A stretch of DNA of 64,000 nucleotides from the human T2T-CHM13v2.0 reference genome, Homo sapiens (GCF_009914755.1 NC_060925.1), one strand, 5' to 3'. Counted from the first letter of the stretch, positions 28,416-53,279 are shown. Program-made: numbers and translations. Notes: generated by a model from the letters alone, not told the origin.

Positions 28416-28551
28416 TCAATTTCCTCCAGGTCCACAGGCCCAGCCCGGCGCGCGCCGCTCGTTCTGCGACCTCCAGGGCGAGCGCGCTTCCGGGGCGGCC
28501 GTGCAAGAGGCGTGGGAAGCGCGCGGGGGGTTCTGAGCGTGCAGTCGCCGC
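28416..28551 (-). CDS. Candidate exon 3 of an upstream spliced ORF (RRLHAQNPPR...GWACGPGGN*)
   Basis: Acceptor tttcacccgccccttcgccgtccgcag; in frame after CC|G; TGA at 28418-28416. Confidence 0.4.
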
Positions 28552-28663
28552 CTGCGGACGGCGAAGGGGCGGGTGAAACGAGTTTCCAGCGTCGAGCCTG
28601 CTTCGTTTCAAGGTGGACGCCACATGCAAGCCACGAGCGCGTCGCCGCACGGTGTACGCCCAC

Positions 28664-28813
28664 GGTCCGGGCCGGGCGTTCTGCGGGTGCCCCCGCTGCG
28701 CCGCAGGCCTCAGTGGCGCGCCCGGGGACTGGAAGGCTGAGCCGCCCTCCTCCCATGTGCGCGGGAGTCCCTCCGCCACTGTGCCCAGATCGCCGGCGAA
28801 GCGCAGGGGGAGG
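28664..28813 (-). CDS. Candidate exon 2 of an upstream spliced ORF (LPLRFAGDLGTVAEGLPRTWEEGG...NARPG)
   Basis: Acceptor tctcccgatgcccttcccag and donor CC|gtgggc; 150 nt, phase 2-2, no stop codon. Confidence 0.4.
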
Positions 28814-29527
28814 CTGGGAAGGGCATCGGGAGACACGGGCCTGCGCCCCCTACCCGGGCCCCGGCCCACCTGTCCGCACACCTGTCCGAAGCCTTAAAAG
28901 GTCTCCATTCCTTTTCGGTCTGATCTGAGAGCCGAGCTCTCGGCAGGGATGGGGACCCAGGGCTCGGCCTGCAGGTGCCGTGCCAATTAGGGCCCAGGCA
29001 GGAGAGGGGCGTCCCTGCACTGGGGCTCCATCATTACGTTCGCATGGCCACTCTAGCATGGGAGGGGGGCAGGGCCTTTCCCTGTTAGTTCACTTCCCTG
29101 TTGGTACTCACCCACCTGTCTGTGGAAAGGCAGCAATGGTCGATTTCCCCCTTAAGAAACAAAGCGTGAAGGAGGAAGAGAGGCTACAGGAATCTGCCAT
29201 CCGGGAGACCCTGTCTCTAACGGGCCATACGGGGTCCCCCTGTGTCTCCTGCAGCCCTGCACAGCCCCGGTCTGAGGTACCTTTTGGAGGGAGTGGCCCA
29301 GCTCTCCCGGCCTTTGCCACCCGGCGTCCTGTCCCAGTTTATCTGTGTCCAGTCCGATTGATGGGCTCATGGATTGGAAAGCTGTGACAGACGCCCTGGG
29401 CTGGGAGGTATAAAACGAAACTGTTTAACTCCAGTGAAAAAACAGTTGCAGGGATCCCAGAAGTGGGAAAAGGTCGCTCTGAGCACCTACCGTGGGGTGG
29501 GTGTGATTCTGAGACTAAGGCTCTGGG

Positions 29528-29826
<299 letters not shown>

Positions 29827-30887
29827 GGCTCTGGGACCCCTGGCCCACGAGCCCCAGGCCACGGCCTCCTGCCTGGGAGGTGTGGCTCCCCATGCAGCCA
29901 GCTTCTTCCCTGCCTCAGATCGGTGACCTGCACTCTGTCCAGGAGGAGGGGAGACTTGCCCAGGGACAAACCCGAAAACACGGCAAGGTCAGGGGAGGAG
30001 GGCACTGTTTCCTGTCGAAGTCCACATTTGTGAAAAAACATTGATTGGGCAGAGAGAGGTGTTGTATTCTGGAATGGAGGTGAGTGGGGGGCCAGTGAGG
30101 GCTGGGCCGGTGAGGGGTGGATGTGATGTTTTGCCTGGCCCAAGGGAGCTGGTGCCCCAGGTTCCCAGTCTGCTGGCAGAGCTGGGTCCTGGTGGGGGCA
30201 GAGCTGGGCAGGCCCACGTGGCCTGTGCATCCAGGGTGTCTTGTCCCCTTAATCCTTCAGAGGATGAACCCCCACCCTTCGCCGGCCTTCTTGGGCGTGG
30301 TCTGGTAGATAACTGGAGCTGGGAGAGGCTGAAGACAGTCAAAGCTGCTCTCCTCTTTTCTAGGTGAGAACAGTGAGCCCGCAAGGTCAGGGAGCTGCCC
30401 CCAGGTCATCTGGGCTGTCGGAGATGGAGGCGGGAGAGGAGCCGTGTGCTCCTGATCCCTGGCCCAACGCTCTCCTTCCCCGTCGCCCACTCGGCATCGG
30501 CCCTACCCGGGGCCCGGACTCCCACTCACGCACTGGAAACTCCCTGTCTTGGGGCCGCGCACACCATGCCTGGCAGGAGCTGGAGATGCAGCAGAGCAGA
30601 CGCGGCTGCAGGAGCAGCCGTGTTTCCTACAGTGGAGAAGGGGACCCTGGCAGGAGCACTGCCCAGCCAGGCACGTGGTGCTCAACCCTGTGGGCACTGA
30701 CCCCACAAAAGGCCGGGGTTTGTGCTGCAGGAGGCCTCTGTTTGGGGAGAGCTCTGTCCCGGCTCCAGTGCGGCGGCCCTCCCCCAGCCTGCTGGAATGG
30801 GACCTCATCCCTGCTCCAGCGTCATGGACTTTTCCGGCCTTGGGTTGAGGCCTCAGCGATTCAGGCGGGGCCGTTTTGGTAACACCC

Positions 30888-30990
30888 GTGTGTGCGTGTG
30901 TGTGTGTGTGTGTCCGTGCGCGCGCGCATGCGTGCAGGCATGTGAGCCTGTGTGTGCCCGCGTGCCTGCACGTGTGTGGACATGCGTGCG
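30888..30990. repeat. (TG)n/(CG)n alternating purine-pyrimidine tract
   Basis: gtgtgtgcgtgtgtgtgtgtgtgtgtccgtgcgcgcgcgcatgcgtgca. Confidence 0.85.
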
Positions 30991-33900
30991 GTGTTTCCGC
31001 CCCAGGGCTGGACACCAAGGCCCGTCTTGGATGCAGGGTGTTTTCTGCAGGGGAAACTGAGGCGTGGGAGGCTCAGCCCCTGCCTGGGGGGGTGACTGCC
31101 AGGGAGTCAGCCTCAGAGCTCCCACCCCTGGGCACAACGGGCACCTGGCCCTAGGGCCTGGGCTTCTTGGGAGCCCGGGGCCTTGGCTGCACACAGACCA
31201 TGGCCCTGGGTCCCAGGCCAGGGGTGTCCTCTCAGCCCTGCCTCCCTGCAGTGCACGTCCTCCAGCCCGCCTTCTGGTCTCTTTTCTTCCTCTCAACTTT
31301 ACCCTGTCTCCCTCCCTTCCTCTCTCTGCCCCCCTCCTGGCAAGCGGATTGCAATCCAAACTTGTTGTTAACTTCTCCCCTGCAGTTGTCCACGGGCCCT
31401 TCCAAGTTAAACATTACTCATGGCGACAAGAGCCCGCAGGGCAGTGCCTGGCCTGGAGGTGGACCCGCGTGCGGAAGGTGCTGGGAGGGGGTGAGTACCA
31501 GGCCCCTCCCTGCAGCATCTGTGGGGCAGCTGCTGGTACAGGTGGCCCCAGCACCCTGAGCCCATACCTGGGTCCCTGCAGCCTCTTGCCTCGCCCTTTG
31601 GAGTCACGAATGTGCCTGTTTATGTAACCCCCATGCTCGGCCAGAGCGGGTAAGCCTGTGGGCAGCAGCTCCCTGGGCAGGCTTGGGAGGGGCCAGCCAG
31701 GGGCCCCAGAGGGGTTTGGGCCGGGCCAGGCGAGAGCCCTCCCCTCAGCCAGTCACTCCAGCTCTGTGCCAGGCTAGGGATGGGACTGGAAACAAAGTGT
31801 TCAGAAAAAAAATAGCCTCATCTGTTTTGAATCGATTCCGCTTATTGGGCCCTCAGTTTTCCCAGCAGGGAAGTGGAGGGATGGGGAGTCATGGGCTCAA
31901 GCACCTCAGGGAGCCCTCACAGCTGCAGGAGGCACAAAGCCCGGACCCCACTCACTGCACCCAGCAGCTGCTCCACCCTGGCCTGTCAAGAGCCTCCCAG
32001 GTTAGGAGCAGAGCCCCCCAGGCCGGGTTCCCCAGGGGAGCAAAGCTGGAGGTCAACAGCAAACAGGCACGGTGTCCTCTACCCACCATCTGCCACCCCC
32101 TCCCTCGCGTCCTCTCTTACCACTCCGTCCCCCACCTGCTGCATGCATCCTGCAGGGACCAAGCACCGTCCTGCCCCCAGGCCTTTGCGCTGCTGGCCCC
32201 CGCCCCGAAAGCTTATCCCACACCCATTTTAGGGCTGCTGAGATGGACCTCATAGGAAGCCCTCCTCCAACTCAGCACCTCTCGACTTACCCTCGTCTAT
32301 TCCTTTTAAGAACATGGACCCCCATCCAACATAGAACATTTGGAGACTTAATTTTTTATGCTCTCCCAAGGAAGCTGCCAGCTCTCTAGAACAGGAACTC
32401 TCCGCTGTGTCCGTGTGCTTGCTGTAGGGAGGCATGTAGTCAACTCCACAGAAGAAACCATTTCCACACTCACCCACCCAGCGCCCTCAGGGCCCAGCCC
32501 CCTGGCCTGCACCCGGACCCTGTCGGGCAGGACACATCTGGCTGACCAGAGCTCAGGCCAGGGGCCTCCCGTGGGGCTCAGCGGGGACAGCTGGATCCTG
32601 AGCCAACAGGGGGAGGGCAGCAGGCCGAGGCACACGAAGTTCAGGGGGGCTGCTTGGTGCTGGTGGCGTTCGGCCACCCCACTTTGTGCAGGACTATGGG
32701 CCACTCGTCCAGGAACTCCACACCCTCCACGTGAAGCCTCCCTCCTGCCCTGCTCACACCCCCAGGACCCTTCAGGCTCCCAGCCTTCCAGCCTCCCTCC
32801 TGCCTTCTGTCCAGACAGAGCTTGTCGGAGGAGGCGCTTCAGTGGACGCACATCCCTGCTGCAGCCAGGTTCCATCCAGGGAGCACAGAACCTGTCCTGG
32901 GCACTGAAACGCTCACGGGGCCTCTGTCCCACTGGGCCCCCTCTTGAGAGGCCTCTTCCCAGCACCTCACCCTGGAATGCAGCCTCAGGGTGGGGGGTCC
33001 TGAGGGGAGCTGGGGGAAAAGGCCCTGCCTAGTGCCCTGTGGCTGTGCTCTCCAGGCACCTTGTCTGTGACAGGGTCTTTGGGGGCTCTGGAGATGGGCG
33101 GCTCACCTGCCTGCCTCGTGCCCAGACCTGCGAGTGTGCCTGCCCGTGTCAGACAGAGGCGAGTTGGGACTTCACACCTGAAATCAAGCGGGAGGGTAGG
33201 AATGTGAGCCTCGAAACCACCTTCTTTCTGTATCGTTTCTGGGAGTGGCGATGTCGGCCAGTGGGACACCTGCTGAGGGTCCTCTTTTCCCATCCGGGTG
33301 CTGGCGGGACAGGGGGTGGCTGTGACCTTCACCCAGCCTGTGCTGAGAGCTCCAGCCCCCCACGGCGCCCACAGCCCTGCCTGCTGCCTCCCCCACCCCA
33401 GACCCTGCCCTCCTACCCTCCACGCCTGCTTTGGGGAGGAGGCCAGGTGGGGGTGGGGCTGATTTAGTCACAGGCTCTGCTTCGGCAATGAGACCCCAGC
33501 AACACCCCAGGTAAGGGGGCCTTGGGGGCTGGGTGGGGGTGGCTCCTCGGGGCTCCTCCTGCCCTCCGGGGGCTGTGAAGCTTTCTGGGCAGCACTAGTC
33601 CCTTTTGCAAGACACTGCCAAGACTTGTGGCATTTCTGTGGGTCTCTGCATGCACAGCAGAGCACACACATGCACCAGGGCTGGGGCTCTTCTCCTGGAG
33701 GGTGACCCTGGGAATGGGTAGCCTTGCCCACCCAACCTTGGTCACCAGTGGCCATCCAGCCCCAGGTGTCCCCATCCTCAATTTGGGCTGAGGGCAGACT
33801 GCAGGCTGGCGTTGCAGAGGCAGCTGGGTAAAGTGTGGTCCCAGACAGGGACGCAAGCTGGCGATTGCTGCGGGGGACCTGGGCCTGGGCTTAGCGACTG

Positions 33901-34159
33901 CTGCCCCTATCCAGATGCCTGATTGGGACCAGGGTGTGGGGCCGGGCCCTGCAGCGCCTGTCTTGCCCGGGCTGGAGCCCTAGAGCTGTGCGACCTGGGG
34001 CCAGGGTGTTCTGACAGACTCACTCTCAGGGGCTGGCTGCCCTTGGGCACCACGGCGGGTGCCTAGCAGACCGTGCTGTACACCATACCCCTACTCTGGC
34101 CATCTGTGGGCTCCTTGGGCCCCTGCCGCCATGCCACTGCCTCTCTTGGGAGCAAGTTT

Positions 34160-35611
<1,452 letters not shown>

Positions 35612-35957
35612 AGAGCAAGCTTCTGATGTAGGGGCTGCGGGGGGCTTCCCAGGCCAGGCAGGTTGCTGTCTCAGCGCCAGCGTGTAGCCTCCTCCCAGGA
35701 TCCGGAGCAGGAGGGTGGCTGTCTTTTGCGTTCAATCCGCTGGGCTGCTGTGGGGTTCCCGCAGAGCTGCTCCAAGGGGCCGAGAGAAGGAAGGACGCTG
35801 CCCCCAAGGACAGACGGGCAAGCTGGAGTCAGGAGAGGCGCAGCCGTGGCCCACAGGCCTTGGATCTCTGGTTGGGGGAGCACCAGGTGGGTATGGGAGG
35901 GGGCCAGGGAAGCCCTGCAGCCCCCCCACCCCCACCCCCGGCCCCAGGCAGCAGTAC

Positions 35958-36121
35958 CTCCAAGGCCTGGGCGGCAGGAAAGGGAGAGATGACGTCATTG
36001 CCGCCTGGAATCTGCTGTTTGGAGGCGTCGCCATGGAGACCGGAAGGCTCAGGGTGGGTAAAAATAGCAAACCCAAGAGGGTGTAAGTTCCAAGAACGCG
36101 AGTCTCTGAAAAGCGAGGCAT
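35958..36121 (-). CDS. Candidate exon 1 of an upstream spliced ORF (MPRFSETRVLGTYTLLGLLFLPTLSLPVSMATPPNSRFQAAMTSSLPFLPPRPW)
   Basis: ATG at 36121 and donor AG|gtactg at 35957; phase 2 joins the 28813 exon in frame. A CRE palindrome lies inside the exon. Confidence 0.35.
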
Positions 36122-36995
36122 CCATGTTCTCGTTGCCTGGAGGACAGAGGGCCCAGGCTGGGAGTCTAGCGGGAGGGGCCGCTCGGGGCTGCTGGCTTGC
36201 AGCCACCCACACGCGGTGTGTCCCTGCCACAGCCACGGAGAGCTTTGTCCCCGCGCAGGGTGTGGCGGGCGTGGCAGGCTCCCAGCAGGAGGCGTCTGCA
36301 AGCACGCTCCCTTCCTTTGCTTGGGCACCGGAGCCTTAGCCGAGGCCGCGCTGCAGGGACTTTTCCTTCCTCGGAGAGGGGAAGCGGCCGTGGCCTGTGA
36401 GTCGCTGGGCTTCCCAGGCCTCATCCAGGCCGGAACTCCGTGCCTCCAGGCGGCCTCTGCTGGGGCGGGAGGTACCAGAGCTGGGGTTTTCGCTGCCTGG
36501 CCTGAATGCTCTTTTCCTGCCCCAGTTTTGGAGAAGGAAAGGGGCGGTTGCCTGAGAAAGCGTCCTGCACCCCAGTCCTATTCCTCTAGGGGTGGTTTTC
36601 TTGCCAGGAAGCAGGATTTTCCTCCAGGCCAGGAGGTGGCCGTCCTGCTCCTTCTGGGCTTGGTCCCCGGAAACGCCAGTACACACTGTCTGCACCTCCC
36701 TTTGGCTGCGTCCCAGTGTCCTCAATGGGTCCCCCCAAGTCCCAGGCCACAGAATACAGCAGGAGGCTCGAGGGCTCTGGGCTGCTCTCCCCAGATGGCC
36801 GAGTCCGTGGAGAAACCCTGTAGCCGCGAGGGGCTCCCTGGCCGGGTGCCACCTCTGAGAAACTCTGCCCTGTTTTGGCTCTCGGTGTCGCTGGGGGCTC
36901 CTCTCTCCCAGGCCAGGCTGCACCGGGGCACGGAGGGGACCTCGCCTGGCTTCTTCCTCCCGCAGCGCGAGCCTAGGCAGAAGTGTCATTGGGCT

Positions 36996-37085
36996 CAGGA
37001 ACCCTCAGATGGCCCAAGAATGACCCAGGAACCCTGAGAAGGCCCAAGAGTGACCCAGGAGCCCTCAGATGGCCCAAGAGCACCC
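36996..37085. repeat. 30-bp tandem repeat, 3 copies
   Basis: caggaRccctSagaWggcccaagaRtgacc at 36996, 37026 and 37056. Confidence 0.9.
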
Positions 37086-37140
37086 CGAGTGGGGAGGGAT
37101 CCAGGGTGATTCCCAGCCCCGAGAAAGGAAGCCCCATTCC

Positions 37141-37287
37141 GGGAGGGTGACTGTCCCCGAGCGGGGGGATGACTGTCCCCGAGCAGGGGGGTGACTGTGC
37201 CCGAGCGGGGGGGTGACTGTCCCCGAGCGGGGGGGTGACTGTCCCCGAGCAGGGGGGTGACTGTCCCCGGTTGGAAGGTGACTGCCC
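37141..37287. repeat. 22-bp G-rich minisatellite, about 6 copies
   Basis: tgactgtccccgagc(g/a)gggggg starting at 37148, 37170, 37192, 37214, 37236 and 37258. Confidence 0.93.
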
Positions 37288-40200
37288 ACTACAGCAACAA
37301 ACGTTCTCCTGAGCAGCCTGGGGAACGCTTTCCTCCCTCCGTGCCGGAGGCTGGTGGGGCTGAGTCTCCGCCGCTCCCTGGGTGCTAAATCCTGGAACAT
37401 CTTCAAAGAGTTTCAGTCCCTTCTCTTCTGCACACACCATTGTTCTCAGGGTGGCAGGGCACCCCCTTCCTCCACCCAGGGCAGGGGGAGCACGGGGTCT
37501 CACCTCTCACGCCCAGACCTCCCTTGGCTTGTGGTGGCCTTGACTGGAGAGGGCGAGGGGACATAGAGCCCTGTGTAGGGGTTTCTCATTCCCCCAAGAC
37601 ATAGCTCGCATGCCTTATGTAACGCGTGAGCTCACGCAGAGGGCCTGCCAGAAATGACGGCAGGGGCGGGAGGGGCCTGCTCGGGAAGCCAAGTGTGGCT
37701 CAGGCTTACGAGGAGCCTGGGCCCTGCCTTGAGGAGAGAGGGGCCCCGGGCCTTTGCAACCTGGGGCTCCCACACTGGCAGGGGATGGGCAGGGCCTGGG
37801 AGGGAGCGAAGGCCGTGGTGGTGCAGTGTATGGCAAGGCCTGGGGTGGCTGTGCTGGTCACTTGGCCTGTGGGTGCCTGGCCAAGCAGGATGTGGGGTCA
37901 GGCCCACCCCACTCCCCCACTAGCAGGCACCAGCAGGCCCGAGATGTCAGAGGAAGGGGCCTAAGTCACCCAAGACCCCCGGGAGAAGCTCTGGGGGCCT
38001 TAGAGGGGTGGATGGGTGGAGGCAGTGCCATCTCCCCCAGTGCCAGCTGCCCTTCCACCCTGAGAAACAGACCAGGACGGATGCTGCGCTGAGGATGGCC
38101 CTGAGGCAGGGCTGGACCCAGTGCCCGCGGCCGCCCTTGCCCTTCCTCCCTTCCCTTTCGGAGTCCTGGCCCCACCCTGTGCTTCCCCTCCGCCTGCTGC
38201 ACAGGCGCCCACACTGTGTGGCTGGCCCAGCCCAGTTTCATTCCTGGAATGGGACCCCGGGAGCCGAGAGGGGCAAGGGCCTCTGGGCGGCGCGTGGGGC
38301 CTGGGTGACAGCACGGGTCCTCAGGGCAGTGCCCCCAGCCAAGAGGGAGCCATCCCTCCAAACACAGTGCCAAGGGGCACCTGGCCTGGGGACCTGTGTC
38401 CCGCCAGCAGTAGGGCCTAGCACAGCTGCACCTCACCAGGCCCAGGCCAGCCATTGGTCAGCTCACGGCCTGTTGCTGGGAAGGCAGCCAGCCCCTGACA
38501 AGGAGGGGGTGACCGGGAGTCCCACTAGGAGGAGGGGGAGGCCAGCCCTCGGGCCTGAGGAGGGCAGAACACTGGCAGGGGTCCCTGGCAGCGTCTTGGA
38601 CTTTGCCCTCAAACCCTTAAGCAGGAGAACGGGGTGGGTGGGGGTTCCCTGAGGGGGCCAAGGGTGGTGCCGGGAGCCCAGTGTGGGGCAGATCCTGCTC
38701 TCAGGAAGGGTGGCTGAGGGGCCATGGCCCTAGACAGCGGGAGGGGCTGTATCCTGCTGCTGATGGGGAGGGGTGAGGATGGGGGCAAGGGGCGTCCATG
38801 CAGAGGCGGAGAGCAGGAGGTGAGGGGTTGGGCCCCTGGGATGGCTTGGTCTGAGCCTGGAGGCTGCACCCCCTCTGAGTAGCGGGAAGGTGGCTGCGGG
38901 CAGGTGCCGTGGGTGACTGAAGGGTAGGACCTGCGTGAAGGAGCCCCCGCTGCCCTTGGGACCACTGGGCCCCCGAGGTCTGGCCCTCACACACACCCTG
39001 CCCTCACCTGACCTCCCGCCCCGACCAGCCGCTTGCCCCAGTAGGTCCCAGGCTGCCCTGAGCCTCAGCATGCTCTGGTCTGCACGTGGCGGTAATGCCA
39101 CCTGGCTCAGCATGTCGAGGGAAACCAGTCCTGGCACCAGGGTCCCACAGTGCCTGTGATGACTTATGAGGTTCTGCCATTGCAACCAACAGTGCCACAG
39201 CTTGGGCCCCTGGAAAGCACTGCGGGGATGGTCCCCCACTTCGAGAAGTGCTGGCTGAAAGCTTTGTGTGGGCAAGGACAGCACCCTTCTGCCCCCATTG
39301 GGTCCCCTGTGCCCACCTCGTGGTGCTCAGTGTTGTGTGCCGGGTAAAGGACAGCAGCCAGGGCCTCGGAGGATGCTGGTGATGCCCAGGCCGCGGCTGG
39401 GTCCCTGGCTCTCGCTCTGTCCCCACTGTTTGACACACAACCGCTTCAGCTAAGTCAAGAGTGATCTCTGGCCTGGGGGTCCCGGGCTCAGTGAAGTGCC
39501 GAGGGCACGCAGGGAGGTGGCGGCGAATGACTGGGGTGGCGTGGCGTGGCGTGGTGTGGCTGCAGCCCCGGGCAGCTATGACCAGCACAGCGCACAATCC
39601 AGGGCTGCACAGGATGCCCCCAGGACAGGGTTCAGTGGGTGAGGGTGGCAGGGCTGGGTGCCCACACTGGCTCTTCAATTCAGCACACGGCCCCCCAGGC
39701 TGGGCCTCACCAGTGTCCCCCTGGCTGTCCACAGGCTGTGGATGCGTCCTCAGAGCCAGGCCACGGGCTGCTGAGGGTGTCGAGGCCTCTGTGCCCCTCC
39801 CTCCCTCGGGCCCAACATCCTGCTGCTGCGCCCTCAGCCTCCAAGGTCCTTGTGTCTCTGGGCATGGGCTGCCAGGGGTCTCCTGCAGGAAAGGGAGCCC
39901 GAGAGAGCCAGCTTTGTCTCCCTAGCCTGGGACCTGGGCCAGGCCCTGTCACACTCTGGGTGTGAGCCCAAGGTGGGGTTGGGTGGACACCTGGCTCCCG
40001 GGATGGTTCAATGCCTGGCCCAGGCTGTCCAAGGCTGGGCAGCCTCATTGCTGCCCTACCTGGCTTTGTCCCTGTGGGGAGTGGGCAGGAGCTGGGCTGT
40101 GGCTCTGAGTGGGGTGGTCTGCTGGCCACCTGCTCTCACCCTCTGGTTCCCAATGGCCACAATGGCAGGACCATCCATGGCCCCCCAGAGGCAGGTGCCC

Positions 40201-40438
40201 TGCTCAGCACTTCCCATGCATCACCTCAGGTGATCTCAAGAGGCAGGCCCTGGCTCTGGGACCACCACCGGGAGGCTGACACACACCCGAGGCCACCTGG
40301 GCACGGTACAGGTCAGGCAACTGATTTCACAGAAGATCCCATGGTGGGCGAGGGCTCTCCTGGGCAGAATGGCTCTGAGAGAAACAACAGGAAACGCAAG
40401 CAAAACTGAAGGCAGCTTCCTTAGAAAGCCAGAAAATG

Positions 40439-42620
<2,182 letters not shown>

Positions 42621-42967
42621 CCTTCTGGCTTAGTCTGGGCTGCTTACTCTCTGGGCTCCATGTCTAGGCTGGTGGGCAGAGATTTCCATTTCCCCTTCAT
42701 GGACTGGGACAGACCCTTCTTAGCTCTTATTGTTATGATGGAAGCCCAGTTCCAGATCCCATTCAGAAAGGGCCTGTGGCCATGACTCTTGTCTCTCACT
42801 GGCCTTAACCAGCAGCCCTCAGTGGACGTGAGACCAGGCCCAAGGCTTGCATTGGCAGTTTGGTTTCCACTCTTGCTTACCACTGTGGCTTGAGTGCTAT
42901 CTTCATTTCTAGCTCTGCACAGCTACCTTCCTTGTGCCTTTTTACAGGACATTTAAAAAACAAATCT

Positions 42968-43939
<972 letters not shown>

Positions 43940-44124
43940 CTAGGAAGGGGACCCTGCACCATCTTGGCTGGGGTTGTAGCAGATGCTCTGGTGTCCTGTG
44001 GCTCCTCCGCCCCACCCTCACAGCGCCCCACTGCAGGGCTGCAGTCAGAAGCCTCAGGTTGCAGCCTGCCCGACAGCTCAAGCTCAGCAGGGCCGAATGG
44101 AGAATGTGTACCTCCTCCTCCTAA

Positions 44125-44740
44125 CATTGTTAAAAATAAAATTTGTATTTTGACACAATCTCAAGCTTATAGAAAAGTTGCAAGAATAGTACAGGAACTT
44201 TTTTTCCCCTGAAGCATTTGAGGGTTTGTTGCCGCATGGTGCTCACCACACCCCAAAACAAGGACATTCTCCTACACGCCCCAACACGGCTGTCCAAGGC
44301 GGGAAATCACGTGGAGTCAGACCCCACTCTGGGCTTTCTGGTTGTCCCAGTAATATCCCTTGCAGTAAAGAGATCAGCCTGGGACCACACATTGCACTGA
44401 GGTGCCATCATGTCTTCTGTCTCCTTCGGTCCGGAACATTCCTGGGCCTTTCCCTGACTGTTCTTTGAAGCTTCCAGGCCAGGCCTTTTGGAGACGGTTC
44501 CCTGTGTGGCTTTGTCTGAGATGTCATCACAGAGAGACACAGGTTGTGCATCTTTGGCAGGAAAGGAGCAGATGTGACACTGTGGTCTGCTCACCCCACC
44601 CTGTCAGGTGGGGCAGGACTCTGATGGATCCAGTATCAATGGAGCCCACCGCGATCGCTCGGTTAAGGTGGGGTCTGTGTCTCCGCTGGAACTGACATTC
44701 TTTTTCCCTTTGTGACAAATTAGCATTTTGTGGGGAAGAT
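44125..44740 (-). mobile_element. L1MC/L1MD-type 3' end remnant
   Basis: tttgtattttgacacaatctcaagcttatagaaaagttgcaagaatagtaca is typical of the antisense L1M 3' terminus. Confidence 0.65.
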
Positions 44741-44784
44741 TCCTCCCTCCCTCCCTCGTTCCTCCCTCTCTCCCCCTCTCTTTT

Positions 44785-46309
<1,525 letters not shown>

Positions 46310-46674
46310 TTATGAGATCATGCAGGTATCAATAATTCCAATCCAACACCACATGCTTCCTTCCTCCCTTTCTGTATTTTAACATCGAGAAACCTGACTC
46401 TTGCTACCTTAAACTCATTTCCTGATTGGATCAACCCCCCCACTCCAGTGCTTGTCCCTCACTCCCTTGCGCTCTGGCCAGGGCAGCCCCTGGGATGGCT
46501 CTGAGCCCTGGGTTCTGCCCTGAGGATTCAGCTCCAGGTGCCCAGCGGTAAGAGGCTTTGCAGATCCCTCTTTAGGGCCCGGCTTCCCCTCCCCCGCTCA
46601 CTTGCTCTGACCCTTTCCTGTGCTTCCTTGGATCGCCTCCCAAGCAAAGCACTCGAACTCAAATCTTTGTCTTG

Positions 46675-47611
<937 letters not shown>

Positions 47612-48749
47612 CTACAAGGCCTTCCTTCTGCTTCCTGAGGAGGAGAGAGTGGGTGGCAGCAGGGCAGGGCAAGGCAGGGTGGAGCAGAGCTGGTCTGCGA
47701 TGCATTTCCCCACCAAGGTTTCCAAGTTCCCCCAAAGCTTGGGGTACCCCTTGCTTTGCCAGTGTCTTCCTCTTTCTGGTCCTGGGGCGCCATCCAACTC
47801 ATCTCCACACTGCTGGCTCCTTAAGGTGGGGGTCTCAATTCCAAGGCCAGCCTCCCAGGAGGCCCTCCCTGCCTACAGCCAGCCCCAGCCACTCCGCGCC
47901 TTTTGGGGATCTGAAAGATCTCGCTCCCGTACTAGCAGGTTTGTTGATTGACTGTTGTCTCTCACACCAGAATGGAACCACACGGGGTACAACCTGGTCT
48001 CCTTACCCTGATCCCAGTGTCTACAGTGGTAGGAGCTCATCGAACAAGGGGACAAACTCATGACTAGCTGACCAAGCCTGTCACCGTGGTAGGGGCCAGG
48101 GAGAAAGCTGGGAGGTCCCTGCCTTTGCCCGCATGCCAGGGCTTCTCTGGGCAGGCACCACGTCCATCCCACCCTACTCCGCGCTGTGGCTGTGCCTGCA
48201 GCCTTAACCCGCGGCCTGCCAGTATGGTGGCCCGCGTGGGCGACTGGCCTGGGCAGCTGCTGGGCGGGGCTGGAGGGTGGAAGGCCAGCAGGCGGGAGAC
48301 ACCCCCCACCCTCTTCCCTGCCAAGCTCAGGGAGAAAAGTGGACCCTGGTGGCTCCCTCTAGGCGTGGCTGCTCTGACCCTTGGTGGGGTGGGTGCCTTC
48401 CTCTGGAAGCTCTGACATATTGGGGGAAGGAAGTCTCAAGAGTCCACAAAGGTGGAGGTAGCTTCAGAGACCAACTGGAGGCCCTCACCTGTCCCCGCAC
48501 CTTCACTCCATGGCACACCTATGGCTACTTCCCAGGGGTCCGCACTCTGGACAAAGTGTTGGTCCCTGGCTAGGACCCTGCAAAGCCAGAGGCACAGAAG
48601 GAAGCAGAGGCTCTGGGTGGGCACTGCCCATGCTAGGGGCCCTGCACAGAGCCCCTGGTCCACCAGAGGAGCCAGAGGAATTCTCTGCTTGATTGGAGAC
48701 ACTTCCCAGCAGGCCTGGCTGCAACCACCTTCTCTGAGTTACAATTTGA

Positions 48750-49797
<1,048 letters not shown>

Positions 49798-50099
49798 TAA
49801 ATATCACTTTTAAGGAAATGATCTTCTTACCCAGCTTTCTGGTGTGTGAACACACAGAGAAAGCCTGGCCTCCAATTGTGGGGGCCAACGGAGTGAATGG
49901 GAAGAGTCGGGGGACAGCGTGGAGTGTGAGGACAAGGAGACAACCCCCAAGGCAGCGGAGAGAGGGAGTATGGAGCCGCCCTGGGGTCACCTACAGGTAG
50001 GTCCTGGCTGCCTCTCTAGACACCTGCCCTGCCGCAGGTCCGGCCAAGACCTGCACAGGGACTCCGGGCCGGCTCCCCCAGGATAGGAACTGCGCCCAG

Positions 50100-53279
<3,180 letters not shown>

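Larger units (their letters stand above)
27440..28900. promoter_or_regulatory. Intergenic CpG island with a C-rich degenerate repeat (27850-28335) made of GC boxes
   Basis: High CpG density and many copies of ccccgccc / gccccgcccctc(aag). Confidence 0.75.
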
